Assembly (NCBI GenBank): GCA_964487115.1
Contig: CAZAPD010000025.1
Location: 1 to 45,870, forward strand
DNA length: 45,870 nt
Direction: 5' to 3'
From: an uncultured Thermococci archaeon
GTDB taxonomy: Archaea > Methanobacteriota_B > Thermococci > Thermococcales > Thermococcaceae
The notes under the pieces were generated by a model. The model saw only the letters and a list, made by a program, of their open reading frames with translations. It made no database searches and was not told the DNA's origin. This document shows, one piece after another, positions 29,092 through 38,342 of the stretch. How positions within the stretch are numbered: the stretch's first letter is position 1; each line of letters starts with the position of its first letter. The translations under genes and the position numbers were made by a program.

Positions 29092-29929
29092 TGTCTTTGG
29101 TTTGTGCCTTGATGAACCGAGGGATATTATCAAAATCAAAGAAAGCGATGAGGTCAGGGTAGAAGTCGAGGGCTTCAACGTGCCGGAAGAACCAGAAAAG
29201 AATGTTGCTTCAATCTCTGCCATTGCACTTTTGAAGATGCTTGAAACAAATATGGGCTTTAAAATAAAGGTTAAAAAGGGAATACGGCCTAAGAGCGGGC
29301 TTGGAAGCTCTGGAGCGTCATCTTTGGGTGGAGCATTAGCAATGGCAAGTCTCCTTGGAGTTGAAGATAAAGGACTTATAATAAAAGCTGCTCTCGAAGG
29401 CGAAAAAGCAGCATCAGGAAGTGCCCATGGAGACAACATTGTTCCATCCCTCTTTGGCGGATTCACAATACTGAAATCTCTTTCGCCCCTTGAGGTGTTT
29501 AAGCTTGATGCAAACTTTAAGCTTGTTATAGTTCTCCCAGAAGTTGAAGTTAGTACAAAAAAAGCAAGAGCTGTACTGCCAAGATATGTGCCTTTAAGCA
29601 ATGCCGTTAGAAATTTAGCCCTTGCGAGTGCTCTAATCTCTGCTTTGAAAGAAGGAGATATAGAAAAAGTAGGGAAACTTTTGGATGACTACTTGGCTAT
29701 TCCTTACAGAAAACCCCTCATGCCTTGGTTTGATAATGTCAGAAAAGCTGCATTAGAGAACGGAGCTTACGGAGTTTCTGTATCCGGTTCAGGTCCAGCA
29801 ATGTTTGCTTTAGGGGAGGATTTGAGAAATATCGGAAAAGCTATGGTTGAAGCATTTGAGAATGAGGAAATTAAGGCGGAATACTTTATAACCAAAGTTG
29901 GAGGAGGAGCAAAATGCTTAGGTGTATAG
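29042..29929 (+). CDS. thrB: Homoserine kinase
   Basis: PATIANFGPGFD, GLGSSGAS, HGDN and SGSGP. Confidence 0.95.
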   Translation: MKVSAPATIANFGPGFDVFGLCLDEPRDIIKIKESDEVRVEVEGFNVPEEPEKNVASISAIALLKMLETNMGFKIKVKKGIRPKSGLGSSGASSLGGALAMASLLGVEDKGLIIKAALEGEKAASGSAHGDNIVPSLFGGFTILKSLSPLEVFKLDANFKLVIVLPEVEVSTKKARAVLPRYVPLSNAVRNLALASALISALKEGDIEKVGKLLDDYLAIPYRKPLMPWFDNVRKAALENGAYGVSVSGSGPAMFALGEDLRNIGKAMVEAFENEEIKAEYFITKVGGGAKCLGV

Positions 29930-31089
29930 AGTGTGGTAGGGAATATTCGGAAGACGAAGTTAGATATAGGTGTGATTGTGGTGATCTGCTAGAGGTAGTT
30001 ATCGATTTGGATAAAGTTGAAAACGTCTTTAATGGAGAGAACATAACCCTCTGGAAGTACAAGAGCTTTATTCCTGTTGGAAAGAAGGTTTCTCTCAATG
30101 AAGGAGGAACACCCCTGTATCGTCTAAAAAACCTTCAGAGAGAACTTGAGATGAAAGAGCTCTATGTCAAAAATGAAGGTGCAAACCCAACAGGTTCTTT
30201 CAAAGATAGAGGAATGACCGTTGGAGTGAGCAAAGCTTTGGAACTGGGCATGAGCAAAGTAATCTGCGCTTCAACTGGAAATACATCAGCTTCTTTAGCT
30301 GCATATTCAGCAAAAGCTGGAATAAAGAGCTACGTTTTAGTGCCGAGCGGAAAGATAGCCTTAGGAAAGCTTGCCCAAGCGATAGTTTATGGTGCAAAGG
30401 TTGTTCCGGTCAGAGGAAACTTTGACGACGCTTTGAGGGTTGTAGTGGAGGCAAGCAAGGAATTGGGAGTTTATATGCTCAACTCAATAAATCCTTTCCG
30501 CTTGGAGGGGCAGAAAACGATAGCTTTTGAGATATTTGATCAACTTGGATTTGTTCCCGATAACATAGTTCTACCCGTAGGAAACGCTGGTAACATTTCA
30601 GCAATCTGGAAGGGCTTCAAGGAGCTTTATGAGGCTGGGTTTATAGATAAGCTGCCGAGAATGATTGGTATTCAGGCTGAGGGAGCATCTCCGCTAGCTA
30701 AAGCATGGGGGGAGAAGAGGGAGTTCAAGCCCGAAGAGAAGCCTGAGACCGTAGCAACAGCGATAAGAATTGGAAATCCAGCAAACTGGAAAAAAGCTTG
30801 GAGGGCTGTTGAAGAATCAGGTGGACTGTTTGAGAGTGTGAGCGATGAGGAGATTCTGAAAGCTCAAAAAATTCTCGCATCAAAAGAGGGAATTTTTGTC
30901 GAACCAGCCTCAGCATCCTCGCTTGCTGGCTTAATAAAGCTGAAGAAGCTTGGTCTAATCGAGTCAGATGAAAGCTATGTCTTAATAACAACTGGTCATG
31001 GGTTGAAGGATCCAAACATAATTATTGAGAACTTTAAGCTTCCAGAGCCGATAGAGCCAAATTTGGAGGCATTTAAGGAGGTTCTCTGA
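29914..31089 (+). CDS. thrC: Threonine synthase
   Basis: N-terminal CxxC, NPTGSFKDRG (PLP Lys), ASTGNTS and TGHGLKD. Confidence 0.95.
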   Translation: MLRCIECGREYSEDEVRYRCDCGDLLEVVIDLDKVENVFNGENITLWKYKSFIPVGKKVSLNEGGTPLYRLKNLQRELEMKELYVKNEGANPTGSFKDRGMTVGVSKALELGMSKVICASTGNTSASLAAYSAKAGIKSYVLVPSGKIALGKLAQAIVYGAKVVPVRGNFDDALRVVVEASKELGVYMLNSINPFRLEGQKTIAFEIFDQLGFVPDNIVLPVGNAGNISAIWKGFKELYEAGFIDKLPRMIGIQAEGASPLAKAWGEKREFKPEEKPETVATAIRIGNPANWKKAWRAVEESGGLFESVSDEEILKAQKILASKEGIFVEPASASSLAGLIKLKKLGLIESDESYVLITTGHGLKDPNIIIENFKLPEPIEPNLEAFKEVL

Positions 31090-32096
31090 TGGAGGTTGCA
31101 ATTTTAGGTGCCACGGGCTTAGTTGGACAGACGTTTGTAAGGCTCTTGGAAAATCACTCTTGGTTTAAAATAAAGCACTTAGTGGCTTCGGAAAGATCAA
31201 AAGGAAAGAAATACAAAGAAATTGCAGAATGGGTCAGTGGTGATATTGGAGATATAGAGGTAGAGAGCTTGGAAGATTTCTTAAAGAATCCGGATGTGGA
31301 CTTAGTCTTCTCAGCCCTTCCTTCTTCAATAGCCGGTAAAGTGGAGGAAAAGCTCGCCGAGAAAATCCCCGTGTTCAGCAACGCTTCATCCCATAGATAT
31401 GAAGATGATGTGCCCATTTTAGTCCCAGAAGTTAACGCAGAACAGATAAAGCTTATCAAATTTCAGCAAGAGCAGAGGGAGTGGGAGGGGTTTATAGTTA
31501 CAAACCCAAACTGCTCCACGGCCATTCTGGTGCTTTCGCTGAAAGTTCTTTCAGGATTCGGACTCAGAAAGGTCAACGTTGCAACGATGCAGGCTATAAG
31601 TGGAGCGGGATTTAGAGGTCTATCAGCTCTGCAGATTTTTGACAACGTAATTCCGCACATTGAAAAGGAAGAGTGGAAAATCGAGAAGGAATCAAGAAAA
31701 ATCCTCGGAAAGTTCGAAAGGAATAAGATAATCCCAGCGGACTTTGAAATTGCCGCCCTAACAACAAGAGTTCCAGTATCCAATGGACACACAGAGGCAG
31801 TTTTTGTTGAACTTGATGAAGACATCAGTGTTGAAGAACTTAGAAAAGCTTTTGAATCATTTGACCCATTGAAAGAGCTTAAGCTTCCTTCATATGCAAA
31901 GCCAATTATCTATAGGAAAATCCCCCAGCCAAAACTTCACAGAGAACTCGGCAATGGAATGACCGTTACAGTTGGAAGATTAGAAAAAATCGGAGAGAGA
32001 AAGTTCAAATACGTCACTTTAGGGCACAACTTGATTAGAGGAGCTGCTGGCGGCTCAATTCTAAATGCGGAATTATATTTTTCATCTTTATCTTAA
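31089..32096 (+). CDS. asd: Aspartate-semialdehyde dehydrogenase
   Basis: GATGLVG, NPNCST, QAISGAG and HNLIRGAAG. Confidence 0.95.
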   Translation: MEVAILGATGLVGQTFVRLLENHSWFKIKHLVASERSKGKKYKEIAEWVSGDIGDIEVESLEDFLKNPDVDLVFSALPSSIAGKVEEKLAEKIPVFSNASSHRYEDDVPILVPEVNAEQIKLIKFQQEQREWEGFIVTNPNCSTAILVLSLKVLSGFGLRKVNVATMQAISGAGFRGLSALQIFDNVIPHIEKEEWKIEKESRKILGKFERNKIIPADFEIAALTTRVPVSNGHTEAVFVELDEDISVEELRKAFESFDPLKELKLPSYAKPIIYRKIPQPKLHRELGNGMTVTVGRLEKIGERKFKYVTLGHNLIRGAAGGSILNAELYFSSLS

Positions 32097-32196
32097 GTTT
32101 TCTTATTCGTCCTAACCTCAAACAGGAAAAAAGTTTTTATATTCCCAATGTTAGTAATTTTTGGAAGGAACTTTTACCAGTTGGAGGCGATGAAAT

Positions 32197-33072
32197 ATGA
32201 TGTGGGGATTTAAATTGGAAGTTAAACAGAATCTACGAACGAAAAAATTTTGGGTGATAATTATAATAATGGCAGTGTTGTATGTCCCATCATTCTACTT
32301 TATGAAGTCGTTTTTCTTACAATCCGGAAAACATGTCACAAATGAGGCTGCGATGAGTATGTTAATAAGCTCAATAACCGGAATGACAAGCTTTTTTGTT
32401 GCCATATTAGCTCTTTTAATCGGAGCTACCGCGATAAACAGCGAAATTGAGAAAGGAACCCTGAGAATAGCAATGAGCAAACCAATAAAAAGGCTACACT
32501 ATATCGGCGGAAAGTTTCTTGCCCACTCTCTGGTTCTTCTGGTGGCACTTTTGTTTTCAACGGTGGTTAGTCTTTTGGGCATATTGTACCTCGGTGGTTC
32601 TTTCACGACACAGCTCGTAGTCGATGTATTCCTGTTGAACATGTTGCTACTTCTGGCAATGATTCAACTCGTGGCCTTAGGTTATATCCTTTCGACTGTC
32701 ATAAAATCCTCGAACACAGCTTTGGGCTTGGCTCTAATTTTGATGTTCGTAATATTCATGATAGTGCCGAGCATAGTAAATTTTCTGGCCATTAAAAATA
32801 CCATTAATACAGACATGGGAGAAATGCAAAAACTTCAAAAGGAATATACAACCAAATATCTCTTTTATGATCCGATTTCCCAAGTCAAAGTAATAACCCA
32901 AGATGTATCAACAACTCTTTCAAAAAATCCTCAGGAGGTGCTAAAGGTTAGATACAATGGAGTAGCGTATGCTATCCGCAATAATCTTATGAACTTTGCT
33001 CACATAATATGGCTAACAATTTTATATCTGTTTATTGGATTCTATCGCTTTGTTAAAATGGATTTGAGGTGA
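32197..33072 (+). CDS. ABC-2 type exporter permease (NosY/YtrC-like)
   Basis: About 6 TM segments and EIEKGTLR..SKP motif. SD GGAGG. Confidence 0.85.
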   Translation: MMWGFKLEVKQNLRTKKFWVIIIIMAVLYVPSFYFMKSFFLQSGKHVTNEAAMSMLISSITGMTSFFVAILALLIGATAINSEIEKGTLRIAMSKPIKRLHYIGGKFLAHSLVLLVALLFSTVVSLLGILYLGGSFTTQLVVDVFLLNMLLLLAMIQLVALGYILSTVIKSSNTALGLALILMFVIFMIVPSIVNFLAIKNTINTDMGEMQKLQKEYTTKYLFYDPISQVKVITQDVSTTLSKNPQEVLKVRYNGVAYAIRNNLMNFAHIIWLTILYLFIGFYRFVKMDLR

Positions 33073-33075
33073 GGA

Positions 33076-33999
33076 GTGATGATTCTAAAAATAGAAGGAC
33101 TTGTTAAAAATTATGGCGATATAAGAGCTCTCGACGGTCTTAATCTTGAGGTCAAACGGGGGCAAGTATATGGATTTCTCGGCCCAAACGGTGCAGGAAA
33201 AAGTACGACAATTTTGAGTACTATGGGTTTGATTTTTCCTCAAAAAGGCCGAATAGAACTCTTTGGATCGGAGATTTTCAGTGAAGGAAAATATAATGAA
33301 GACAACTTAGTAGAGGCCAAAAGGAAGATTGGATATATGCCAGAACATGCCACTTTATGGGACTTCTTAACACCTTTACAGACACTTGATATAATTGGAG
33401 AGGCCTTTAAAATGCCGAAATCAGAGAGAATCAGGAGATCCGAAGAGCTTTTAAAAATGATAGGTCTTTGGGAAGTAAAAAATAAAAAAGTCGGAAAATT
33501 CTCAAAAGGCATGAGGCAGAGGCTTCTGTTAGCACAATCATTAATAAATAACCCCGAGCTTCTCATTCTTGACGAACCCATGACAGGACTTGATCCTTCT
33601 GGAATCGCAGAATTCAAAAACATAATCAGAGAACTGAATAAAGAAGGAAAGACAGTATTCTTTTCATCTCATATATTGGCCCATGTGGAAGAGATATGCG
33701 ACACTGTAGGTGTTATTGTAAAAGGAAAAATCAGGCTGGAAGGTAATCTTGAGACAATAAAACACGAATTCCTTCAAAAAGCGGGATACACAATAATCCT
33801 TGAAACAACCAAGAAAATTTTATTTGATGGCACTGGATGGCGGGTAACTCCATTGGGAGAGAAAAAATATAGGATCGTAACTTCCTACGATATTAGAGAA
33901 GAACTTCATGATTTTGTAGCATCTCAAGGAGCCAAGATACTGACAATGCAGGTTAAAGAACCAAGTTTGGAGGAAATTTTCTTAGAAATGGTGGAATGA
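33076..33999 (+). CDS. ABC exporter ATP-binding protein
   Basis: GPNGAGKST, FSKGMRQR, LDEP, SSH and C-terminal PSLEEIF. Confidence 0.92.
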   Translation: MMILKIEGLVKNYGDIRALDGLNLEVKRGQVYGFLGPNGAGKSTTILSTMGLIFPQKGRIELFGSEIFSEGKYNEDNLVEAKRKIGYMPEHATLWDFLTPLQTLDIIGEAFKMPKSERIRRSEELLKMIGLWEVKNKKVGKFSKGMRQRLLLAQSLINNPELLILDEPMTGLDPSGIAEFKNIIRELNKEGKTVFFSSHILAHVEEICDTVGVIVKGKIRLEGNLETIKHEFLQKAGYTIILETTKKILFDGTGWRVTPLGEKKYRIVTSYDIREELHDFVASQGAKILTMQVKEPSLEEIFLEMVE

Positions 34000-34002
34000 T
34001 AG

Positions 34003-35277
34003 CTAAAGGCTCGCCTTTTTAAATTCTTCTTTCTTATTTAATGGTTTTGTTGCATCTATTCCCCACTTAGCAGTTAAGCTCTCTTCTGCAGAAGGATCGA
34101 GAGATGAACCTCTTGCATTTGGAATTATCACCAAATCCCTGTCCGCTTGAAATCTGGTCGCTATGGCCCATTCCACTTCCCTATCATCATAAATATTTAT
34201 GTCTTCATCGACGACTACAACATGTTTCAGTGAAGGATGCCCCGAAAATGCTGCTAAAATTGCGTTTTTGCCATCTCCATCGTGCTGTTTCGTGATTGAG
34301 ACAACGGCATGAAGCCACATGCAACCGCCTTCTGTTAATCTAACCCCATGAACCTTTGGAACAACCCGTTTAACACTGGCATAAATTTGAGGTTCTTTAG
34401 GCAACCCCATAAGCATGTAGTGTTCATATCCCCCCGGCAAAAGAGCGTGGAATATTGGGTCATCAGCATGATGCATCCTTTCGAATATTACCACAGGTTG
34501 CTTTCTAACATGATCATAAGTTCCAGTTATATCAACAAAAGGTCCTTCATCAGCCAGCTCTGGTAAAATCTTGGCCTCAAAAACAAACTCCGTATCTATG
34601 GGTACTGGAATTCCATTGATCTCTACGACCTCTAAAGGTTTCCCAAAGACTCTTTCACTCAACGCAGATGCTATTTCAAGCTCACTAACACCATAGGCGA
34701 CACTTGTAGCTCCTGCTAAAAGCAAATGCACTGGATTTCCTACTATAACTCTAACATCCAGCTCTTCTCCTTTATCAGCTTTATCCTTCCACATTGAGTA
34801 AAGATGCCTGGGAACGACTCGTATCACAGCTCTCCTCTCATCGAGTACCATTATCCTGTGAAAAGACAGGTTAACAAAACCATCTTCGTCTTTAGCTACC
34901 ACCATTGCTGAAGTAAAGTAGTGACCTCCATCCGCCGGAAAATATTTAGGAACAGGAAGCTCCAGTAGTGAGAAATCCTTAGTTGAATTCTTTAAGAATG
35001 GAGCAGTCCTCACAATTTTATATGGTCGGGGATGTTCCATGCTACTGGCTAAAACATGAACAATCTCTTCCTTTTTTATCCCCAAATACCCACTAATTCT
35101 CTCGCGAGTGCTCCAGAGATTACCAACAACCTGCCATCCATCAACATTTTTAAAGAAAACCGGTTTTTCTTTATGCTCAACCAGATACTTGGTTATCTCA
35201 AATTCTTTTTTTATTGGCTTGCCAACGATAAGTACATCCTCCTTAAAACCTTCAATTATGTTCTTAAGCACACTCAT
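34003..35277 (-). CDS. ubiD: UbiD-family prFMN decarboxylase (candidate anhydromevalonate phosphate decarboxylase)
   Basis: [25 protein letters not shown] and WAIATR motifs. Pathway role inferred from the archaeal modified mevalonate pathway. Confidence 0.88.
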   Translation of the reverse strand: MSVLKNIIEGFKEDVLIVGKPIKKEFEITKYLVEHKEKPVFFKNVDGWQVVGNLWSTRERISGYLGIKKEEIVHVLASSMEHPRPYKIVRTAPFLKNSTKDFSLLELPVPKYFPADGGHYFTSAMVVAKDEDGFVNLSFHRIMVLDERRAVIRVVPRHLYSMWKDKADKGEELDVRVIVGNPVHLLLAGATSVAYGVSELEIASALSERVFGKPLEVVEINGIPVPIDTEFVFEAKILPELADEGPFVDITGTYDHVRKQPVVIFERMHHADDPIFHALLPGGYEHYMLMGLPKEPQIYASVKRVVPKVHGVRLTEGGCMWLHAVVSITKQHDGDGKNAILAAFSGHPSLKHVVVVDEDINIYDDREVEWAIATRFQADRDLVIIPNARGSSLDPSAEESLTAKWGIDATKPLNKKEEFKKASL

Positions 35278-35377
35278 TCACCATATGAAATAGCTTGTGT
35301 ACCTTTTTAGCATTTTGCATTATATACGATCAAAAAACCTATAAAGGGACTTTTCTAAATCTTCAATTTGATTGCAA

Positions 35378-36778
35378 ATGGGGATGATAAAGCTTCGTAT
35401 ACCAAAAGGCTCTGCAAAGGTGTTCATTGAAAAAGCCGATCCAAAAGTATATTTCCAGATATATGACTTACTCAGTTATAAAAAGGACTATGGAAAATGG
35501 GAGAAGCCCGAGAGCTTATATGACCCATACGAGAAGAGTTTTCCGATAGGCCTCCTTCCAAGGGTGAAGACATTTTTGAACTGCAAGGGATATAGGGTTA
35601 GAATAATTGATGAGAGGGAGCCCTCAGGGATAAATTTAAATTCCACTTGGAATCCCAACTATGAACTCAGAAAGTATCAGAAAAAAGCTGTCAAGAAGGC
35701 TATGAGATCTAAAATGGGTGTTTTGGCACTGCCCGTTGGCAGTGGAAAGACTATTGTAGGACTTCGGATAATCCACGAGCTCAATCTTTCATCAATTATA
35801 GTTGTTCATACGAAAGAACTTCTCTATCAGTGGGCTGAGAAAGTTGAGGAAATTTTAGGTGTGGAAGCTGGCATTGTAGGGGATAACAAATGGAAAGAGA
35901 AACCTGTTACAATAGCAATGATACAGACCCTCCTTTCAAGGGGTGTTGACAAATTGGAGCTTGAATATGCGGCTGTTCTCTTTGATGAATGCCACAGGAC
36001 ATCAGCTGCAGAAAAATTTTACAAGTTAGGCATGTCACTGCCCCAAATCTACCGCTTCGGCCTTTCTGCAACTCCCTGGAGAAGAATAAGAGGGGAAGAA
36101 ATAAAAATTGAAGCTGTTGTTGGACCGATTCTATATGAGGTCAAGGCTGAGGATCTTATAAAGGAAGGCTTTTTAGCAAAACCAAAGTTTGACATAATAA
36201 AATACAAATCAAAAATGCCTTCATTCAGTGAGCGCTATAAAGAACTTTACGAAGACATGATAATGAACAACGATGAACGGAATAAGGCAATTGTAGAGAA
36301 GGCTGTAAATCTCGCAAAGAGAGGGCATAGGGTTCTTATTGATGTGAGAAGAATAGAACATGGAAAGATTCTTGTAGAGATGCTCCGTAAAAAAGGTGTA
36401 AATGCTGAATTTTTAAGCTCACAAAGTTCTGACAGGTGGGAGATTTTAGAAAAGTTCAAAAATGGGGAAATTAATATTCTTGTTTCCACGCTTTTAAAAG
36501 AGGGAGTAGATATACCCGAGATATCAGCTATAATTCTCGCTGGAGGAGGAAAGAGCGATATCATGACAATCCAAACAATAGGAAGAGCATTGAGACCCAA
36601 GAGTCGGATGAAAGCCATTATTGTAGATATACAGGATGATGATCCCCTACTCTTTACACATTTTATCGAAAGACAAAAAGCTCTCAAACAATATTATGGT
36701 AGCTTCTATGACAAAGGCATGAAATCAAAGACCCCTATAAAAGTCTCTGAAAACGGCTGCACGAATAATGGCGCCTGA
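35378..36778 (+). CDS. SF2 DExH helicase, XPB/Rad25-like
   Basis: LRKYQ, PVGSGKT, DECH, GLSATP, EGVDIP and QTIGRALR. Exact start uncertain (35372-35384). Confidence 0.88.
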   Translation: MGMIKLRIPKGSAKVFIEKADPKVYFQIYDLLSYKKDYGKWEKPESLYDPYEKSFPIGLLPRVKTFLNCKGYRVRIIDEREPSGINLNSTWNPNYELRKYQKKAVKKAMRSKMGVLALPVGSGKTIVGLRIIHELNLSSIIVVHTKELLYQWAEKVEEILGVEAGIVGDNKWKEKPVTIAMIQTLLSRGVDKLELEYAAVLFDECHRTSAAEKFYKLGMSLPQIYRFGLSATPWRRIRGEEIKIEAVVGPILYEVKAEDLIKEGFLAKPKFDIIKYKSKMPSFSERYKELYEDMIMNNDERNKAIVEKAVNLAKRGHRVLIDVRRIEHGKILVEMLRKKGVNAEFLSSQSSDRWEILEKFKNGEINILVSTLLKEGVDIPEISAIILAGGGKSDIMTIQTIGRALRPKSRMKAIIVDIQDDDPLLFTHFIERQKALKQYYGSFYDKGMKSKTPIKVSENGCTNNGA

Positions 36779-37525
36779 AAATTTCTCAAAAAACTCTTTT
36801 TTTGCTTTCTCCAGTGAATATTTATCAATCTCAAACTTTAGATTCTCATACTTAATCTCCCACAGCACAAGATTTTCTGCAGGTGCTGGAGGAATCTTTC
36901 TGTAGGTTTTCAACTCCAACATATCCTTCACTTCCTCTCTTTCAAGAAGCCCAAGACCACAGAGCTTTAGGGCTGTTATGATTCTCCGGACCATCTCCCA
37001 CAAAAAGCTCTCTCCTGAGATTTCAATCGTAATTATGTCGTTCTGCTTAAAAATTTCCAAACGTGTTATCTTTCTCACTGGATTCCTGCCCTTTTCAAGG
37101 CGGGCAAAATTCGAAAAATCATGCTCTCCCAAAAAGAGCCTGCTACATTTTTTCATGGCATCTAAATCAAAGTCCTCATCGGGGAGGTAATATCTATAGG
37201 TTTTTCCTTTCGCATGGAATCTCGGATGAAAATCATTGGAAACCTTAGCCGTTCCCAGAACCCATATGTCATGAAGATAATGATTTAGAATTCTTGGCTG
37301 AACTAAAGCCAAATTTTCAGTATTAAATGAAACAACATTAAAAAATGCTGAAACTCCCCTATCTGTCCTAGAAGCACCTCTGAATCGGGCTTCTCTGAGG
37401 TTTCTAATTATCCCCAGTTTTTTAAGAGTACCTATCAGCTCACCCTCTACTGTTCTCACATCGGGTTGTCGCTGAAAGCCATGAAACTTGCTTCCATCAT
37501 AGGCTACCCTTAAGGCAATTCCCAT
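36725..37525 (-). CDS. truA: tRNA pseudouridine(38-40) synthase
   Basis: YDGSKFHGFQ.Q, SRTDRGVSA, GEHDFSNF and FLWEMVR. Confidence 0.95.
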   Translation of the reverse strand: MGIALRVAYDGSKFHGFQRQPDVRTVEGELIGTLKKLGIIRNLREARFRGASRTDRGVSAFFNVVSFNTENLALVQPRILNHYLHDIWVLGTAKVSNDFHPRFHAKGKTYRYYLPDEDFDLDAMKKCSRLFLGEHDFSNFARLEKGRNPVRKITRLEIFKQNDIITIEISGESFLWEMVRRIITALKLCGLGLLEREEVKDMLELKTYRKIPPAPAENLVLWEIKYENLKFEIDKYSLEKAKKEFFEKFSGAIIRAAVFRDFYRGL

Positions 37526-37810
37526 CTCTCACTCACAGATAGTGATGTGCATAAACCCACTATAAAAGATTTCGGACTTTATAGCTAAATTTAACTTACT
37601 ATCTTTAGGAACTTAAAGATGCTTGATTATATATTAAACCTCATGAGCAACATAGAAGCATTTTCATCTTTATCTATGTAAAGTTTTATAAATATAAAGA
37701 AAAATGTTCAGATTCTTTGAAATATGCCCGACTTTTTTCGAAGCATTGACAAGAGTGATAAGATAAACTTTAAATATATACATGAAAATGGAAATATGGA
37801 GGTGATTAAT

Positions 37811-37924
37811 TTGGAGAATAGCTGTATAAATGATAAAGAAGTTTTAAGTGCTATTGAGAATTTTGAAATAATGCTAACTCAACTAATTAAAAGACTAAAA
37901 ACTAAAAAACTCGGCTACTATTAA
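37811..37924 (+). CDS. Candidate 37-aa small protein
   Basis: TATA TTTAAATA at 37769-37776, perfect SD GGAGGTGA at 37798-37805, TTG at 37811 in frame with the 37724 ORF. Confidence 0.45.
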   Translation: MENSCINDKEVLSAIENFEIMLTQLIKRLKTKKLGYY

Positions 37925-38328
37925 TTTTTAATTTGTTCTCTCTTCTCTCTCGCCAGATCTCCTAAATAAGCAAATCCATATAATGCTATGATTGAACTTA
38001 CTGTAACACCCATTACGTCAGTTAGCGTCATTTCAAACTTATATAAAGTAAGACCCAGGACCCCGGTAGCTATCAGAACCAGTAACATCAGTACTTTTAT
38101 CCAGAACTCCTGAAGATAATCAACCATGCCAAAGAGAAGGAGTACAATTATCTCAAAATATATGTATGCATCACGCAGTCCTTTCGTTTTCCAGTTGGTT
38201 ATTGTAAGCCCTACCATGAGGAGTATAATCAAAAGCCTGCCCCATTCTTTATGCTCCGTCATTAACTTGGGAAGATAAGAACCTAAGAGGAATGCAATGG
38301 CTATTAGGAATATCAACCCTATATCCAT
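37921..38328 (-). CDS. Hypothetical membrane protein (about 5 TM)
   Basis: Hydrophobic ORF just downstream of pheT. SD GGTGGTG before ATG 38328. Confidence 0.7.
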   Translation of the reverse strand: MDIGLIFLIAIAFLLGSYLPKLMTEHKEWGRLLIILLMVGLTITNWKTKGLRDAYIYFEIIVLLLFGMVDYLQEFWIKVLMLLVLIATGVLGLTLYKFEMTLTDVMGVTVSSIIALYGFAYLGDLAREKREQIKN

Positions 38329-38342
38329 TGACACCACCGGGA

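Noticed and set aside
35378..36778. Helicase as part of a restriction or defence system, or intein-containing
   Set aside because: Stand-alone XPB-like length with contiguous motifs and no adjacent methylase, nuclease or intein signature.
37531..37547. TGM (TrmBL1/Tgr)-like site ACTCAC-n5-GTGATG upstream of truA
   Set aside because: Only the TCAC-n5-GTGA core matches, part of it is explained by the truA SD (GTGAG on the minus strand), and truA is not a sugar-metabolism gene.
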